Shown: positions 55,026 through 63,878 of the stretch, one piece after another
How the letters are laid out: every line of letters starts with the position of its first letter
Numbering within the stretch: position 1 is the first letter of the stretch
Source of the DNA: a virus
IMG/VR virus record: IMGVR_UViG_3300045988_154040
Reading direction: 5' to 3' (one strand)
Length of the DNA stretch: 64,000 nucleotides
Made by a program: the position numbers and the translations under genes
The notes under the pieces: model-generated
What the model was told of the DNA's origin: nothing
What the model saw: only the letters and a program-made list of their open reading frames with translations
The model's database searches: none

Positions 55026-55607
55026 ATGTCTCCCATGCAAGTTTTAGCTATTTGCTTAAATAAAATTGCAAAGATAAATGGTGAAATAGAAGCTATTCCT
55101 GCCGCATTAGTTTTTAAAGCATCAATAGATAACGTGGATTTACTTCCTATCAATCCAAGAGTAGGAGATATGTATAATATAACAGTTAAATCCATTTATG
55201 GTGAACCAGGAATGAATGTAGCCTGGAATGGAACAGAATGGGATGCATTAGGAAGTACCATAGATTTAAGTCAGTATTATACCAAAACAGAAACAGATAA
55301 TAAATTTTCGTATAAAACCAGTGTTAAGGCCGTAGAAGGAAATACTATTTCTATGGCTTTAACAAATAATATTTTATATGTTTTTTCAGAATTAGTTTCT
55401 CTTAATATTACAGGTTTAAATAATTCATCTGAATCGGGTGAAATAATTAGGGAATGGATGTTTCAGTTTACTTCTGGGGTAACTCCTACAGTAGTAACTT
55501 TTCCTGCTGGTGTAAAATCTGAAATGATTGTTGCGCCTAATACAGTATATCAATGTAGCATAGTCAATAATCTTCTTACTTTTCAGGGATGGAAGGTGAG
55601 TAATTAA
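55026..55607 (+). CDS. hypothetical tail-fibre-module protein
   Basis: 193-aa ORF coupled to its neighbours. Confidence 0.5.
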   Translation: MSPMQVLAICLNKIAKINGEIEAIPAALVFKASIDNVDLLPINPRVGDMYNITVKSIYGEPGMNVAWNGTEWDALGSTIDLSQYYTKTETDNKFSYKTSVKAVEGNTISMALTNNILYVFSELVSLNITGLNNSSESGEIIREWMFQFTSGVTPTVVTFPAGVKSEMIVAPNTVYQCSIVNNLLTFQGWKVSN

Positions 55608-57181
55608 TGAGTTTAATGCGTAGAGAGCAGATGGATTGCTGTAATTATTTTGAAGCTACAGGTAATGAAATTACTATAGATTCTAAAAGTAATTGGATGC
55701 AATTAGAAAGTATTGAAGGAAATACTACTCAGTTGCAAACTACAGGAGCGCAATTGTTTGATGCCAATAAGATACCATCAAAGTCCCAGGGAGGTGCAAC
55801 GGTAGTCAATAATGGTGATGGTAGTTTTACTATAACTGGAACAGGTGTTTTAACGGAAACATTTTATAGTGAGCATATCTATTCCAAAGACAAAACATTG
55901 CAGGTGCTTAAACCTGGAAAATATAACATATCAAAGTCTGATGTTTACCCTCGGTGCGCCTTTTTGTTGCTAGGAACAGGATTAAATAAGGAAATCACGA
56001 GTCAAACTGCAATACCAATAGAAATAACGGCTGAGGACCTTATGGTAAATGATGTGCATGTTATAATTTCTATATACGGTAATAAAAACAGCACTATAAA
56101 ACCCGGTACAATAAAGCCTATGGTATGGATGAAAGAAGCAATTCCAACAGATTCAGATTGGGAACCTTATACGGGAGGTAAACCATCACCAAGCCCAGAT
56201 TATCCACAAGAAATTGTAAATGCTGATATTAAATCTGTTATTGTTAAGTCAGCACAAATGTTTAATATAGATAATCCTTCTTCTTCATTAGGTCAATGGA
56301 TTATTACAGGAAATAAAATTTCTATAACTAATCCTACGAGCGGTTATTTAAGTCTTAATTATAATATTAATGTTATACCAAATACATTGTATACTTTTTA
56401 TAGTATTATATTTAATGATACACCTAATGTAGAAAGTATGCATGTTTCAATTTCTTTGTTAAGAGAAGATGGAACTGTAATAAAAGATAATGTAATAATT
56501 TTAAATAATACTTCATCAGGTAAATTTACAACTACAGAAGATACTAAATCTATTAATATTTATTTTAGAAATAGGACTACAGGTAATGGTGGCTATTTTA
56601 AAGATATAGTTCTTAATAAAGGAAGTTCTGTTATTCCATGGCAACCTTATTATAACCCTCAAACAATTTCTCTTACTTTTACTGAACCTTTCAGAAAAGT
56701 TGGAGATTATGCAGATGAAATAACTCCCACAAAAACAGTTAGTCGTTGTATAGAGATAACATTAGATGGTAGTGAAAATTGGTCTGTTAGTACATCTGAT
56801 AAAAGATTTCAATTGTCAGGAAGTTTACCTGTTCCTATGAATAGAAGGGCAGGATTTTGCAATCAGTATTTTGTAAGAACCAAAAGAATAAAAAATGAAC
56901 CACAATTATTCTTAGGAATTAATAATAATGATTTTATTTATATTCCTTATAATCAATTCTATGATGAATCTTTAGAAGATAAAGGTTTGTCATTATGGAA
57001 AGCTCATTTAGCTACCAATCCTCTTAAGATTATTACTTATACAAATCCAGAAGATTATGTAGAAACTCCCTTAGACCAAAGTAATGTTGACGCAATTAAA
57101 AGTCTTTATGCTTATAATGGAGTTACTTTATTAAACAATAATGAAAATACTGTTATGAAAGTTATGTATAAAAGTAAGTAA
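55607..57181 (+). CDS. putative receptor-binding/tail fibre protein (524 aa)
   Basis: Last large beta-rich ORF of the plus-strand block, followed by a bidirectional terminator. Confidence 0.5.
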   Translation: MSLMRREQMDCCNYFEATGNEITIDSKSNWMQLESIEGNTTQLQTTGAQLFDANKIPSKSQGGATVVNNGDGSFTITGTGVLTETFYSEHIYSKDKTLQVLKPGKYNISKSDVYPRCAFLLLGTGLNKEITSQTAIPIEITAEDLMVNDVHVIISIYGNKNSTIKPGTIKPMVWMKEAIPTDSDWEPYTGGKPSPSPDYPQEIVNADIKSVIVKSAQMFNIDNPSSSLGQWIITGNKISITNPTSGYLSLNYNINVIPNTLYTFYSIIFNDTPNVESMHVSISLLREDGTVIKDNVIILNNTSSGKFTTTEDTKSINIYFRNRTTGNGGYFKDIVLNKGSSVIPWQPYYNPQTISLTFTEPFRKVGDYADEITPTKTVSRCIEITLDGSENWSVSTSDKRFQLSGSLPVPMNRRAGFCNQYFVRTKRIKNEPQLFLGINNNDFIYIPYNQFYDESLEDKGLSLWKAHLATNPLKIITYTNPEDYVETPLDQSNVDAIKSLYAYNGVTLLNNNENTVMKVMYKSK

Positions 57182-57186
57182 TAAAA

Positions 57187-57223
57187 ATACCCTCTCCAAT
57201 TTTGTTAGGAGAGGGTATTTTTT
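57187..57223. terminator. bidirectional rho-independent terminator between convergent blocks
   Basis: ATACCCTCTCC (57187-57197) pairs with GGAGAGGGTAT (57208-57218), flanked by A-run and T-run. Confidence 0.8.
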
Positions 57224-57226
57224 GTT

Positions 57227-57472
57227 TTATTTTGATTTTAAATATTTATGCAAATATTCTAAATCTTCTTTTGTAAAATTTACTTTACATTCATTGAGTG
57301 CTTGTTTCCACAATGTTCTATCAAATTTGTCAATGATTAAGTTAGGATTTTTAATAAAAGTGATATCGCTAATGCCGTAAATTTCTTGCATTCTCAAACA
57401 AATTTTTGCACCTTTTTCTGTATTATTGTAATTTTCGTTATTGATTATTTCTTCTAATATTTCATCAAACAT
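57227..57472 (-). CDS. hypothetical protein
   Basis: 81-aa ORF. Confidence 0.5.
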   Translation of the reverse strand: MFDEILEEIINNENYNNTEKGAKICLRMQEIYGISDITFIKNPNLIIDKFDRTLWKQALNECKVNFTKEDLEYLHKYLKSK

Positions 57473-57492
57473 TTTATATTCTCCTTATTTCT

Positions 57493-58179
57493 TTATTTTG
57501 TTCCTGTTGAACCGAAGCCACCTCTGTCTGGATTTCCCAAGTTACAAACTGGTACAAAAGAGATATCGGGCTGTTTCTGGTATATTCTGAACTGAGCTAT
57601 ACGGTCGTTTACATAGATAGTTGTATCTCTTATAGCTAATGCTAAAAATGACCATATATCGTTATCACCACAATAACTGTTGTCAATAATACCTTGTGAA
57701 TGTGCCATGATAATGCCAAATTTTTCAGGTGTACTACTTCTGGGAAGAACATGGGCTTCATAGTTTTCTGGTAACTGCATAGATATACCTAAAGAAATTC
57801 TACGAATCTCTCCTTTTTTAAGAGATACTTCTTCGGCGGCTCTTAAATCAATCCAATCAGATTTGTCGCCGCCAATCTTTTGTAAATAAATTAATTCTGG
57901 ATTATGATATTTGATATAAATTTCCTGCTTGGATGATTCTTTACTTGTAATTTTTTTGAAAGTTTCTATTTCATCAATACATTTTTTACTAATCCAAAAA
58001 AATGTATTAGTATTTTCAATTCTAATTAAATAGAAAAGACCATCTTTATCATTATAATCCATTTCTGTAATTTTTGCTTTTGCGCCCCTGTATTTTTTCA
58101 TTACTATTCCTACATTTTCTAAGATTTTAGAATTTTTTGTTAAAATTATTATATCTCCTACATTGTAATTATTTTTCAT
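57493..58179 (-). CDS. dut: trimeric dUTPase with an N-terminal extension of about 90 aa
   Basis: Motifs PRSS, GIIDNSYCGD and RGGFGSTG in the C-terminal 140 aa. The N-terminal part (MKNNYNVGDIIILTKNSK...) is unassigned. Confidence 0.88.
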   Translation of the reverse strand: MKNNYNVGDIIILTKNSKILENVGIVMKKYRGAKAKITEMDYNDKDGLFYLIRIENTNTFFWISKKCIDEIETFKKITSKESSKQEIYIKYHNPELIYLQKIGGDKSDWIDLRAAEEVSLKKGEIRRISLGISMQLPENYEAHVLPRSSTPEKFGIIMAHSQGIIDNSYCGDNDIWSFLALAIRDTTIYVNDRIAQFRIYQKQPDISFVPVCNLGNPDRGGFGSTGTK

Positions 58180-58212
58180 TTTTATATCTCCTTTTTAAAA
58201 TTTATTTTTAAT

Positions 58213-58590
58213 TTACAATTTTCTAATTATAATTCCACCCATAGCCCATAAATCATACCTACCATATTCACTTTCTTTTTTATCATAATTGATGCTTACA
58301 GGGAAAGAAGGTATATTTTCATTTCTTTTATCTCTTACCAATGTAGCTACAAATTTTTTTGATTTGTAAAAATTAAATTCAGTTTTATCGCCAATACCCA
58401 TTTCTATCCAATCTTCAAAATTATTAGAAAGTAATACTTTTGTCCCGGCTGGCAAAAAGTTAATGGTGTTATATATTTTAACATCATTAGAATTAAGAAC
58501 AAAACTTTTTTTGTTAAAAAAGAAAAGTCCTTCTTTTATAGCCCATTCTTTTAACTGAGTTTCTTTTTTCTTTTTCATTCTTTTATTCAT
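58213..58590 (-). CDS. hypothetical protein
   Basis: 125-aa ORF downstream of promoter 58692-58720. Confidence 0.5.
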   Translation of the reverse strand: MNKRMKKKKETQLKEWAIKEGLFFFNKKSFVLNSNDVKIYNTINFLPAGTKVLLSNNFEDWIEMGIGDKTEFNFYKSKKFVATLVRDKRNENIPSFPVSINYDKKESEYGRYDLWAMGGIIIRKL

Positions 58591-58691
58591 GGCTTATTTC
58601 TCCTTTTAATATAGAATATAAATTGGTACATACGAGTACAAGAGTTTAAAATAATATAGATGAAGAAGTATTCGTCTTTTTATTTATCTTT

Positions 58692-58720
58692 ATTATACTT
58701 GATAATACTAAGTCTGTCAA
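58692..58720 (-). promoter_or_regulatory. consensus sigma-A promoter TTGACA-17 bp-TATAAT (minus strand)
   Basis: Plus-strand tgtcaa at 58715-58720 and attata at 58692-58697. Confidence 0.65.
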
Positions 58721-58760
58721 GGAAAATGAGCACATTCCCTGACAGACTTTATAATGATTT

Positions 58761-59273
58761 TTATTGAATTGTCTGATAATTACTATTATAGAAAGACGTT
58801 AATCCAATATATAAACATGTATGTTTCTTTTCTAAAGAATATCTATAATTAGGATTTAATTCTCTTTTAAGTTCTAACTCTATTTGATAGAGTTGTTCTA
58901 AATACCAGTTTATTATTTCTTCATCATTGGGAAATGCATCTTTATAAATAGGTATTTTCAAAAGAAAATTATCTATAGTATAGGGATTATTAGGATTCTT
59001 CATTTTTATTTTCTCTCCTTTATTTTCTCTCCAATCTATTATATGGTCAGAGTTAAAGTTAAATTCATTTAAATAAACCCTATAGCCCAATGATATAAGT
59101 TTAGAAAATTCTTCATTTGTTAATTTCCCTATTTTTTTCGTACAACATTGAAAACATCCTTTCTTTTTGGCTTTGTTAATAATACGATAAATTTTATTCC
59201 AGCGAATGTCTACAGTTTCTTCACGTATAATTTCAGCATTTACTAAGGGAGTTGAATCATTAATCATAGTCAT
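58761..59273 (-). CDS. hypothetical protein
   Basis: 170-aa ORF downstream of promoter 59324-59352. Confidence 0.55.
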   Translation of the reverse strand: MTMINDSTPLVNAEIIREETVDIRWNKIYRIINKAKKKGCFQCCTKKIGKLTNEEFSKLISLGYRVYLNEFNFNSDHIIDWRENKGEKIKMKNPNNPYTIDNFLLKIPIYKDAFPNDEEIINWYLEQLYQIELELKRELNPNYRYSLEKKHTCLYIGLTSFYNSNYQTIQ

Positions 59274-59323
59274 ATTTTTAATCTCCTTTTATTTTTATTT
59301 ATTATTTATATTAATTTATATTA

Positions 59324-59352
59324 ATTATACTATATAAAATATAATAAGTCAA
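59324..59352 (-). promoter_or_regulatory. sigma-A-type promoter TTGACT-17 bp-TATAAT (minus strand)
   Basis: Plus-strand agtcaa at 59347-59352 and attata at 59324-59329. Confidence 0.6.
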
Positions 59353-59399
59353 TATAAACTTAATATAACCTTCAATTCGTAAAGTAAAATAGGCTGTCT

Positions 59400-59775
59400 C
59401 CGTTGCGGCTCGGAATCACGTAACAAAAAATATTTTTGTATATGAAACTATTACTGTGAGTTCGTATATGCGAATTTTAGGGGTTGACAAGCGGGCCGAG
59501 AGGGTGTATAAATGAGAAAAGCCAACCCCTCGTTGCCTGAGAGGTCAGCTTTACTTTTACTATCTTCGTCTAGGTGGAGTGCGATAATATGATGGTACAT
59601 GGTTCCATCTTCCATAATGGAAGCGGTCGTACCCATTCACAAAAACCGTTTTCCGTCTAAACTTTTTTTAATCATCTAAAATCTCCTTATTTTTTATTCA
59701 TAGGGATTTCTCCTCCTATGTATTAAGAACAATTTTAGATTAAAGTTTGATAGTTATTCTATTATAGCATACAAC
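59400..59775. other. GC-elevated, structure-rich non-coding island with opposing promoters (candidate sense/antisense small RNAs)
   Basis: On the minus strand, TGcTATAAT (plus-strand coordinates 59761-59770) is followed by two SD-led mini-ORFs (MNKK, MIKKSLDGKRFL). An 8-bp stem AGGGGTTG/CAACCCCT lies at 59479-59530. A CTTCCA-TAA-TGGAAG hairpin lies at about 59600-59614. No convincing protein is encoded. Confidence 0.4.
59484..59512 (+). promoter_or_regulatory. sigma-A-type promoter TTGACA-17 bp-TATAAA on the plus strand inside a minus-strand block
   Basis: TTGACA at 59484-59489 and TATAAA at 59507-59512. Confidence 0.45.
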
Positions 59776-59790
59776 TAGACAAAAATAAAC

Positions 59791-59826
59791 AAAAACCCTC
59801 AGTTCATGTCGAAACTGAGGGTTTTT
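59791..59826. terminator. bidirectional terminator after nrdG
   Basis: AACCCTCAGTT (59794-59804) pairs with AACTGAGGGTT (59813-59823), flanked by A5 and T5. Confidence 0.8.
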
Positions 59827-59900
59827 GTTTACAATCCAGAATCATTTATATCTGATTCATAATTCTTATCAAGATACTGTAATGTTAATCCTATTTCATA

Positions 59901-60488
59901 TTAATAATCAATATTTTTATATAAAATTTCTTGATTAGTACTCCCTTTTAATTTAAGAGTGATATCTCTTTTATCTTGTTCGTACCTTCCTGTTATTATT
60001 ACATCAATAAATCTAATAATATTAATTCTAAGCCAATCTTCATACCAACCTTCGTATGTGAGACTATTAAAAATTTTCTTCTTAATAGAAAAAGAGAATA
60101 TTTCTTCTTTTGTATATCCCGTCCATAAAAAGATTTTTATATTTGGAAAATATTGTTTTACAAAATATAATATTTCCCATACATAACGAATATTTTCATT
60201 GCATAAAGGTTCTCCCCCTAATACAGAAAAATTTCTTTGTACTCCATTTTTAGGAATAGCTGTTAATATTTTATCTAACACTTCTTGAAAGCTTTCTTCA
60301 ATTCCTCCATTAAAATTCCATGTTTCTGGATTATGGCATCCAGGACAATGAAAGGGGCATCCTTGTGTCCAAAAAGAAACACATATGTTTTCTCCGTTTA
60401 CTATATCATTTTCTTTAAGTGCGGCATACCTTATTGTTTTTTTGCCATTAAGATATTCTATTGCGAGGCCGTTAAAAAGACTGTTCAT
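59901..60488 (-). CDS. nrdG: anaerobic ribonucleotide reductase activating protein (radical SAM)
   Basis: CPFHCPGCHNPETW contains the CxxxCxxC cluster motif; lies directly downstream of nrdD. Confidence 0.9.
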   Translation of the reverse strand: MNSLFNGLAIEYLNGKKTIRYAALKENDIVNGENICVSFWTQGCPFHCPGCHNPETWNFNGGIEESFQEVLDKILTAIPKNGVQRNFSVLGGEPLCNENIRYVWEILYFVKQYFPNIKIFLWTGYTKEEIFSFSIKKKIFNSLTYEGWYEDWLRINIIRFIDVIITGRYEQDKRDITLKLKGSTNQEILYKNIDY

Positions 60489-60526
60489 GATTTTACCTCC
60501 TATATGGTTAAAACATCGTATAAACT

Positions 60527-60592
60527 AAATCTAGCCGTTTAATACCCTTGGATGAAGAAGTATTAGGCTACAGGGTTAAAACGGCTAGATTT
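60527..60592. repeat. 14-bp inverted repeat forming a long hairpin between nrdD exon 2 and nrdG
   Basis: AAATCTAGCCGTTT (60527-60540) pairs with AAACGGCTAGATTT (60579-60592), with inner ACCCT/AGGGT pairing. Confidence 0.75.
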
Positions 60593-60626
60593 GAGTTTTA
60601 CTAGGTTATTTTAAAGTAGATTAGAA

Positions 60627-63600
60627 TTAATTTTCATTATCTCCCAAATGAACAAATCTATCTCTAATTTCTTCTGTTCTTCCATAATTCCAATAATGAG
60701 TTCCTATATACATTTCTACCCTCGATTTCTCGATATTTATTAGGGGATTGGACTATTCCTTATGTTCTCTCCATTTAAATAGATTGGTTGAGCAACACCG
60801 ATAATTATAGTCTCTGCACCTTTTTATTGACATATTCCTTTATTTGTTCTTTTCTTGATTTTAAAATTTGTGGTTCTTCTTTAGGGTATCTATATTCTTT
60901 AAAAAGAATTTTTTCTGCATACCATCTAGCCCAATAAGCTTCTTCTTCATAAATGTAAGTTCCTAAATTAAGCATTTTTTGATTTATTTTAATATGGGCA
61001 TAATATTTATTATCTTTAGTTAGACTAACACCTTTATAATTAACATTCATTTGATTTTGTGATTTAGTAACTATTCTTAAATTTGATTTTCTATTGTCTA
61101 ATTTATTATGATTTATATGGTCTATAAAAACATCTTTTTCTTCAATTTCCATAATTACATGTGTCATATGTTTGTTGGAACCTTTATACTTAGGAGTATT
61201 CATAGCATAACCAGAACTAGATAATTTCCATTTTATATTTTTTACTTTAGATAAATCTTCTGTATCAATTATTACTTTTGCAATAACTTCGTAATTTTTA
61301 TCATAAAGATTTATAGTAGTAATTTCTCCATTTATAAAATATTCGTTTTTATCAAGTAATGTTCTAGGATTATTGTCTAAAAATTTTCCATACTTTTTTT
61401 GCTGTTTGTAATGTTTAGGACATAAAGTATATCCATAACTTTTAATTTTACGAGTTAAAGGTCTTTTACAAATATCACAATAAAACATTAATTTTTCCTC
61501 CTTTCTTTATTATTTTTATAGGAATATGTCAATAAACTTGGCTCAAGATTATCCGTTTAATTTATATCATAATAAATTAAGTGTGGACTTCCCTTGAATT
61601 TCTATCGTTTTGAGATGTGGCAATAATTTAGAACAATCTTGGTCTACCACATGTTCTTCTAGCGATATTCATTGTATCCTGATTAGTATTTCCGCAATTA
61701 GGGCAATACCAAGTCATATTGTTTGAATTGATTTTCATTTCTCCGTCATAACCGCATTCATGACAATAATCACTTTTTGTATTTAATTCTGCATACATGA
61801 TATTATCATAAATGAAACGCATAACTGTTAAAACAGCATCTATATTTCCGGTTAAATCAGCCGTTTCAATATAACTTATTGCCCCACCAGGAGAAAGTTT
61901 CTGAAACTTGGATTCAATAGCTAATTTAGTAAATGGGTCAATATGCTCAAATACAGGAACATGATAGCTGTTAGTAACATAATCTCGGTCTTTTCCATCA
62001 AGTTTTATAAATACATCTTCACCAAATCTTTTCTTAAGACTTTTAGCGAATTTATAAGTTCCACTTTCTAATGGAGTACCATATACAGAATAATCTATAT
62101 CTTCTGCCGCTTTCCACTGAGCACATTTATCATTAAGTTTCTGCATAACTTCCAGGCCAAATTTCTCACCTTCTGCTCCATCAGTGTGTGAATGCCCTGT
62201 CATATATTTTACACATTCGTATAAAGCCCCGTAACCTAATGATACCGTACAGTAACCATGATGAAGTAAGTCGTATAATCCTTCTTCTTTATTCAAACGT
62301 GCCAATGCGCCGTTCTGCCATAAGATAGGGGCCACATCAGAAGTAACCTGTTCCAATCTTTTTAATCTGGCCTTTAATCCTAAATGACAAAGCTCTGTTC
62401 TTTCTTCAAATAATTCCCAGAATTTGTTAAAATCTCCACCAGATGATAATGCAAGGTCAGCTAAATTAATAGTTGTAACCCCGGCATTAAATCTTCCATA
62501 ATACTTATTTCCCTTTTCCCAATTATTGCATTTACTATAATTTTCTGTTGTTCTATCAGGTGTAAGGAAAGACCTGCATCCCATACATGCATATACTGCA
62601 TTTTTATATTCTCTCATTTTCTTTGCTGAAATATAATCTGGAACCATACGTTTAGCCGTACATTTAGCCGCCAATACAGTTAAATTCCAATAAGGAGAAT
62701 TTTCTTCTATATTGTTTTCATCCAATACATAAATCAGTTTAGGAAAAGCAGGAGTAATATAAACTCCCTTTTCATTTTTCATTCCTTTTATTCTCTGTTT
62801 TAAAAATTCTTCGATAAGTAAAGCTGTTTCCTTTTCATATTCTTTATCTTCATTAATATACATATAAACTGTAAGGAAAGGAGCCTGACCATTAGTGGTA
62901 CTCATACTATTTATCTGATAATTGAAAGTCTGTACACTATCTTTGATTTCTTTCTTTAAATCTTCTTCGGCCCATTTAATTGTATCTTCTTCATTAAAAC
63001 CTCTTTTTTTATATTTGTCGTAATAAATTTCATAGCTTTTTCTGACAAAAGGAGCTAAATGGGTTAAAGTAATAGTGATTCCTCCATATTGGCTAGAAGA
63101 AACAGCAGTAATTATCTGAGTTGCTACTGTCACGGCTGTGCTTAATCGTTTCTGTGCATCAATAGCTACTCCATTAATAACTGTACCAAAGTTTAACATA
63201 TCTTCAAGATTACATAAACAACAGTTATGAAGTGCTTTCTGGGCCATATAATCCATATCATGTTGATGAATTATACCTTCGTCATGAGCCTTACATACTT
63301 CTGGGGGCAATAAAAATCTTCTAGCAATATCTGTAGAAGTAATACCAGCTAAATAATCACGCTGAACTGTTACTACTTTGCTATCTTTATTTGAATTTTC
63401 AGAAGTCCAGTATTCACTTTTATTACCTAATAATTCCATAACATCTTTATCTGTAATACTTCCCCTGGCAAGAGTACGATTGTTACGATAAACAATATAG
63501 GCTTTTGCTACATCTTTGTACTTAGATTTCATTAATGTGCGCTCTACTACATCTTGTATTTCTTCTACCGTATATATTTTTTTCTTTTTTAAGTTTTCTT

Positions 63601-63775
63601 CCACATAAAAAACTATGTGGTTTATATCTTTTTCGTACTGAATGCGATTTTCTATAAAATCTTTACGTGTTTCTTTAAAAGCTTTAACAATAGCTACAAT
63701 TATGCGGTTTACATCATAATTTACCTTCCTTCCATCTCTTTTAATAACCTGCTTTTCTACTTCTTTTACTTTCAT
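60627..63775 (-). CDS. nrdD: anaerobic (class III) ribonucleotide reductase in two exons: join(complement 61646..63775, 60627..60710)
   Basis: N-terminal ATP-cone (VIKRDGRKVNYDVNRI). Exon 1 ends ...NIARRTCG and exon 2 reads YIGTHYWNYGRTEEIRDRFVHLGDNEN. Together they restore the glycyl-radical motif RRTCGYIG. Confidence 0.9.
60711..61645 (-). mobile_element. group I intron carrying an HNH-AP2 homing endonuclease gene in nrdD
   Basis: P1 is ATGTGGT (exon, plus-strand coordinates 61646-61652) with GCCACAT (61615-61621), with U.G at the splice site. On the minus strand, R is CAGAGACTAT (60807-60816) and S is AATAGTCC (60750-60757). The terminal G is the complement of C60711. Confidence 0.8.
60805..61488 (-). 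CDS. HNH homing endonuclease with AP2 DNA-binding domain
   Basis: IDHINHNKLDNRKSNLRIVTKSQNQMN (HNH) and KGVSLTKDNKYYAHIKINQKMLNLGTYIYEEEAYWARWYAE (AP2-like). Confidence 0.88.
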   Translation of the reverse strand: MFYCDICKRPLTRKIKSYGYTLCPKHYKQQKKYGKFLDNNPRTLLDKNEYFINGEITTINLYDKNYEVIAKVIIDTEDLSKVKNIKWKLSSSGYAMNTPKYKGSNKHMTHVIMEIEEKDVFIDHINHNKLDNRKSNLRIVTKSQNQMNVNYKGVSLTKDNKYYAHIKINQKMLNLGTYIYEEEAYWARWYAEKILFKEYRYPKEEPQILKSRKEQIKEYVNKKVQRL

Positions 63776-63831
63776 TCTTATATCTCCTTTTTTATTTTTT
63801 ATAAAATATAAGTGCGCCTTTTTTGTTCAAT

Positions 63832-63878
63832 ACACAAGATATAGGCACACTTATATTATATACCACTAGATATAGATT
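63832..63878. promoter_or_regulatory. two candidate NrdR boxes upstream of nrdD
   Basis: ACACAAGATATAGGCA (63832-63847) and CCACTAGATATAGATT (63863-63878) match 12/16 and 11/16 of the remembered consensus acaCwAtATaTwGtgt. Their starts are 31 bp apart, and they overlap a TATAAT on the minus strand. Confidence 0.4.

Noticed and set aside
59451-59636. 61-aa ORF on the minus strand in the GC-rich island
   Set aside because: It has no Shine-Dalgarno sequence and no recognisable motif, and it is embedded in strong secondary structure. I treat it as non-coding.
61500-61535. TTGACA box upstream of the HNH-AP2 gene inside the nrdD intron
   Set aside because: There is no acceptable -10 hexamer at 16-18 bp spacing, so the match is probably fortuitous.
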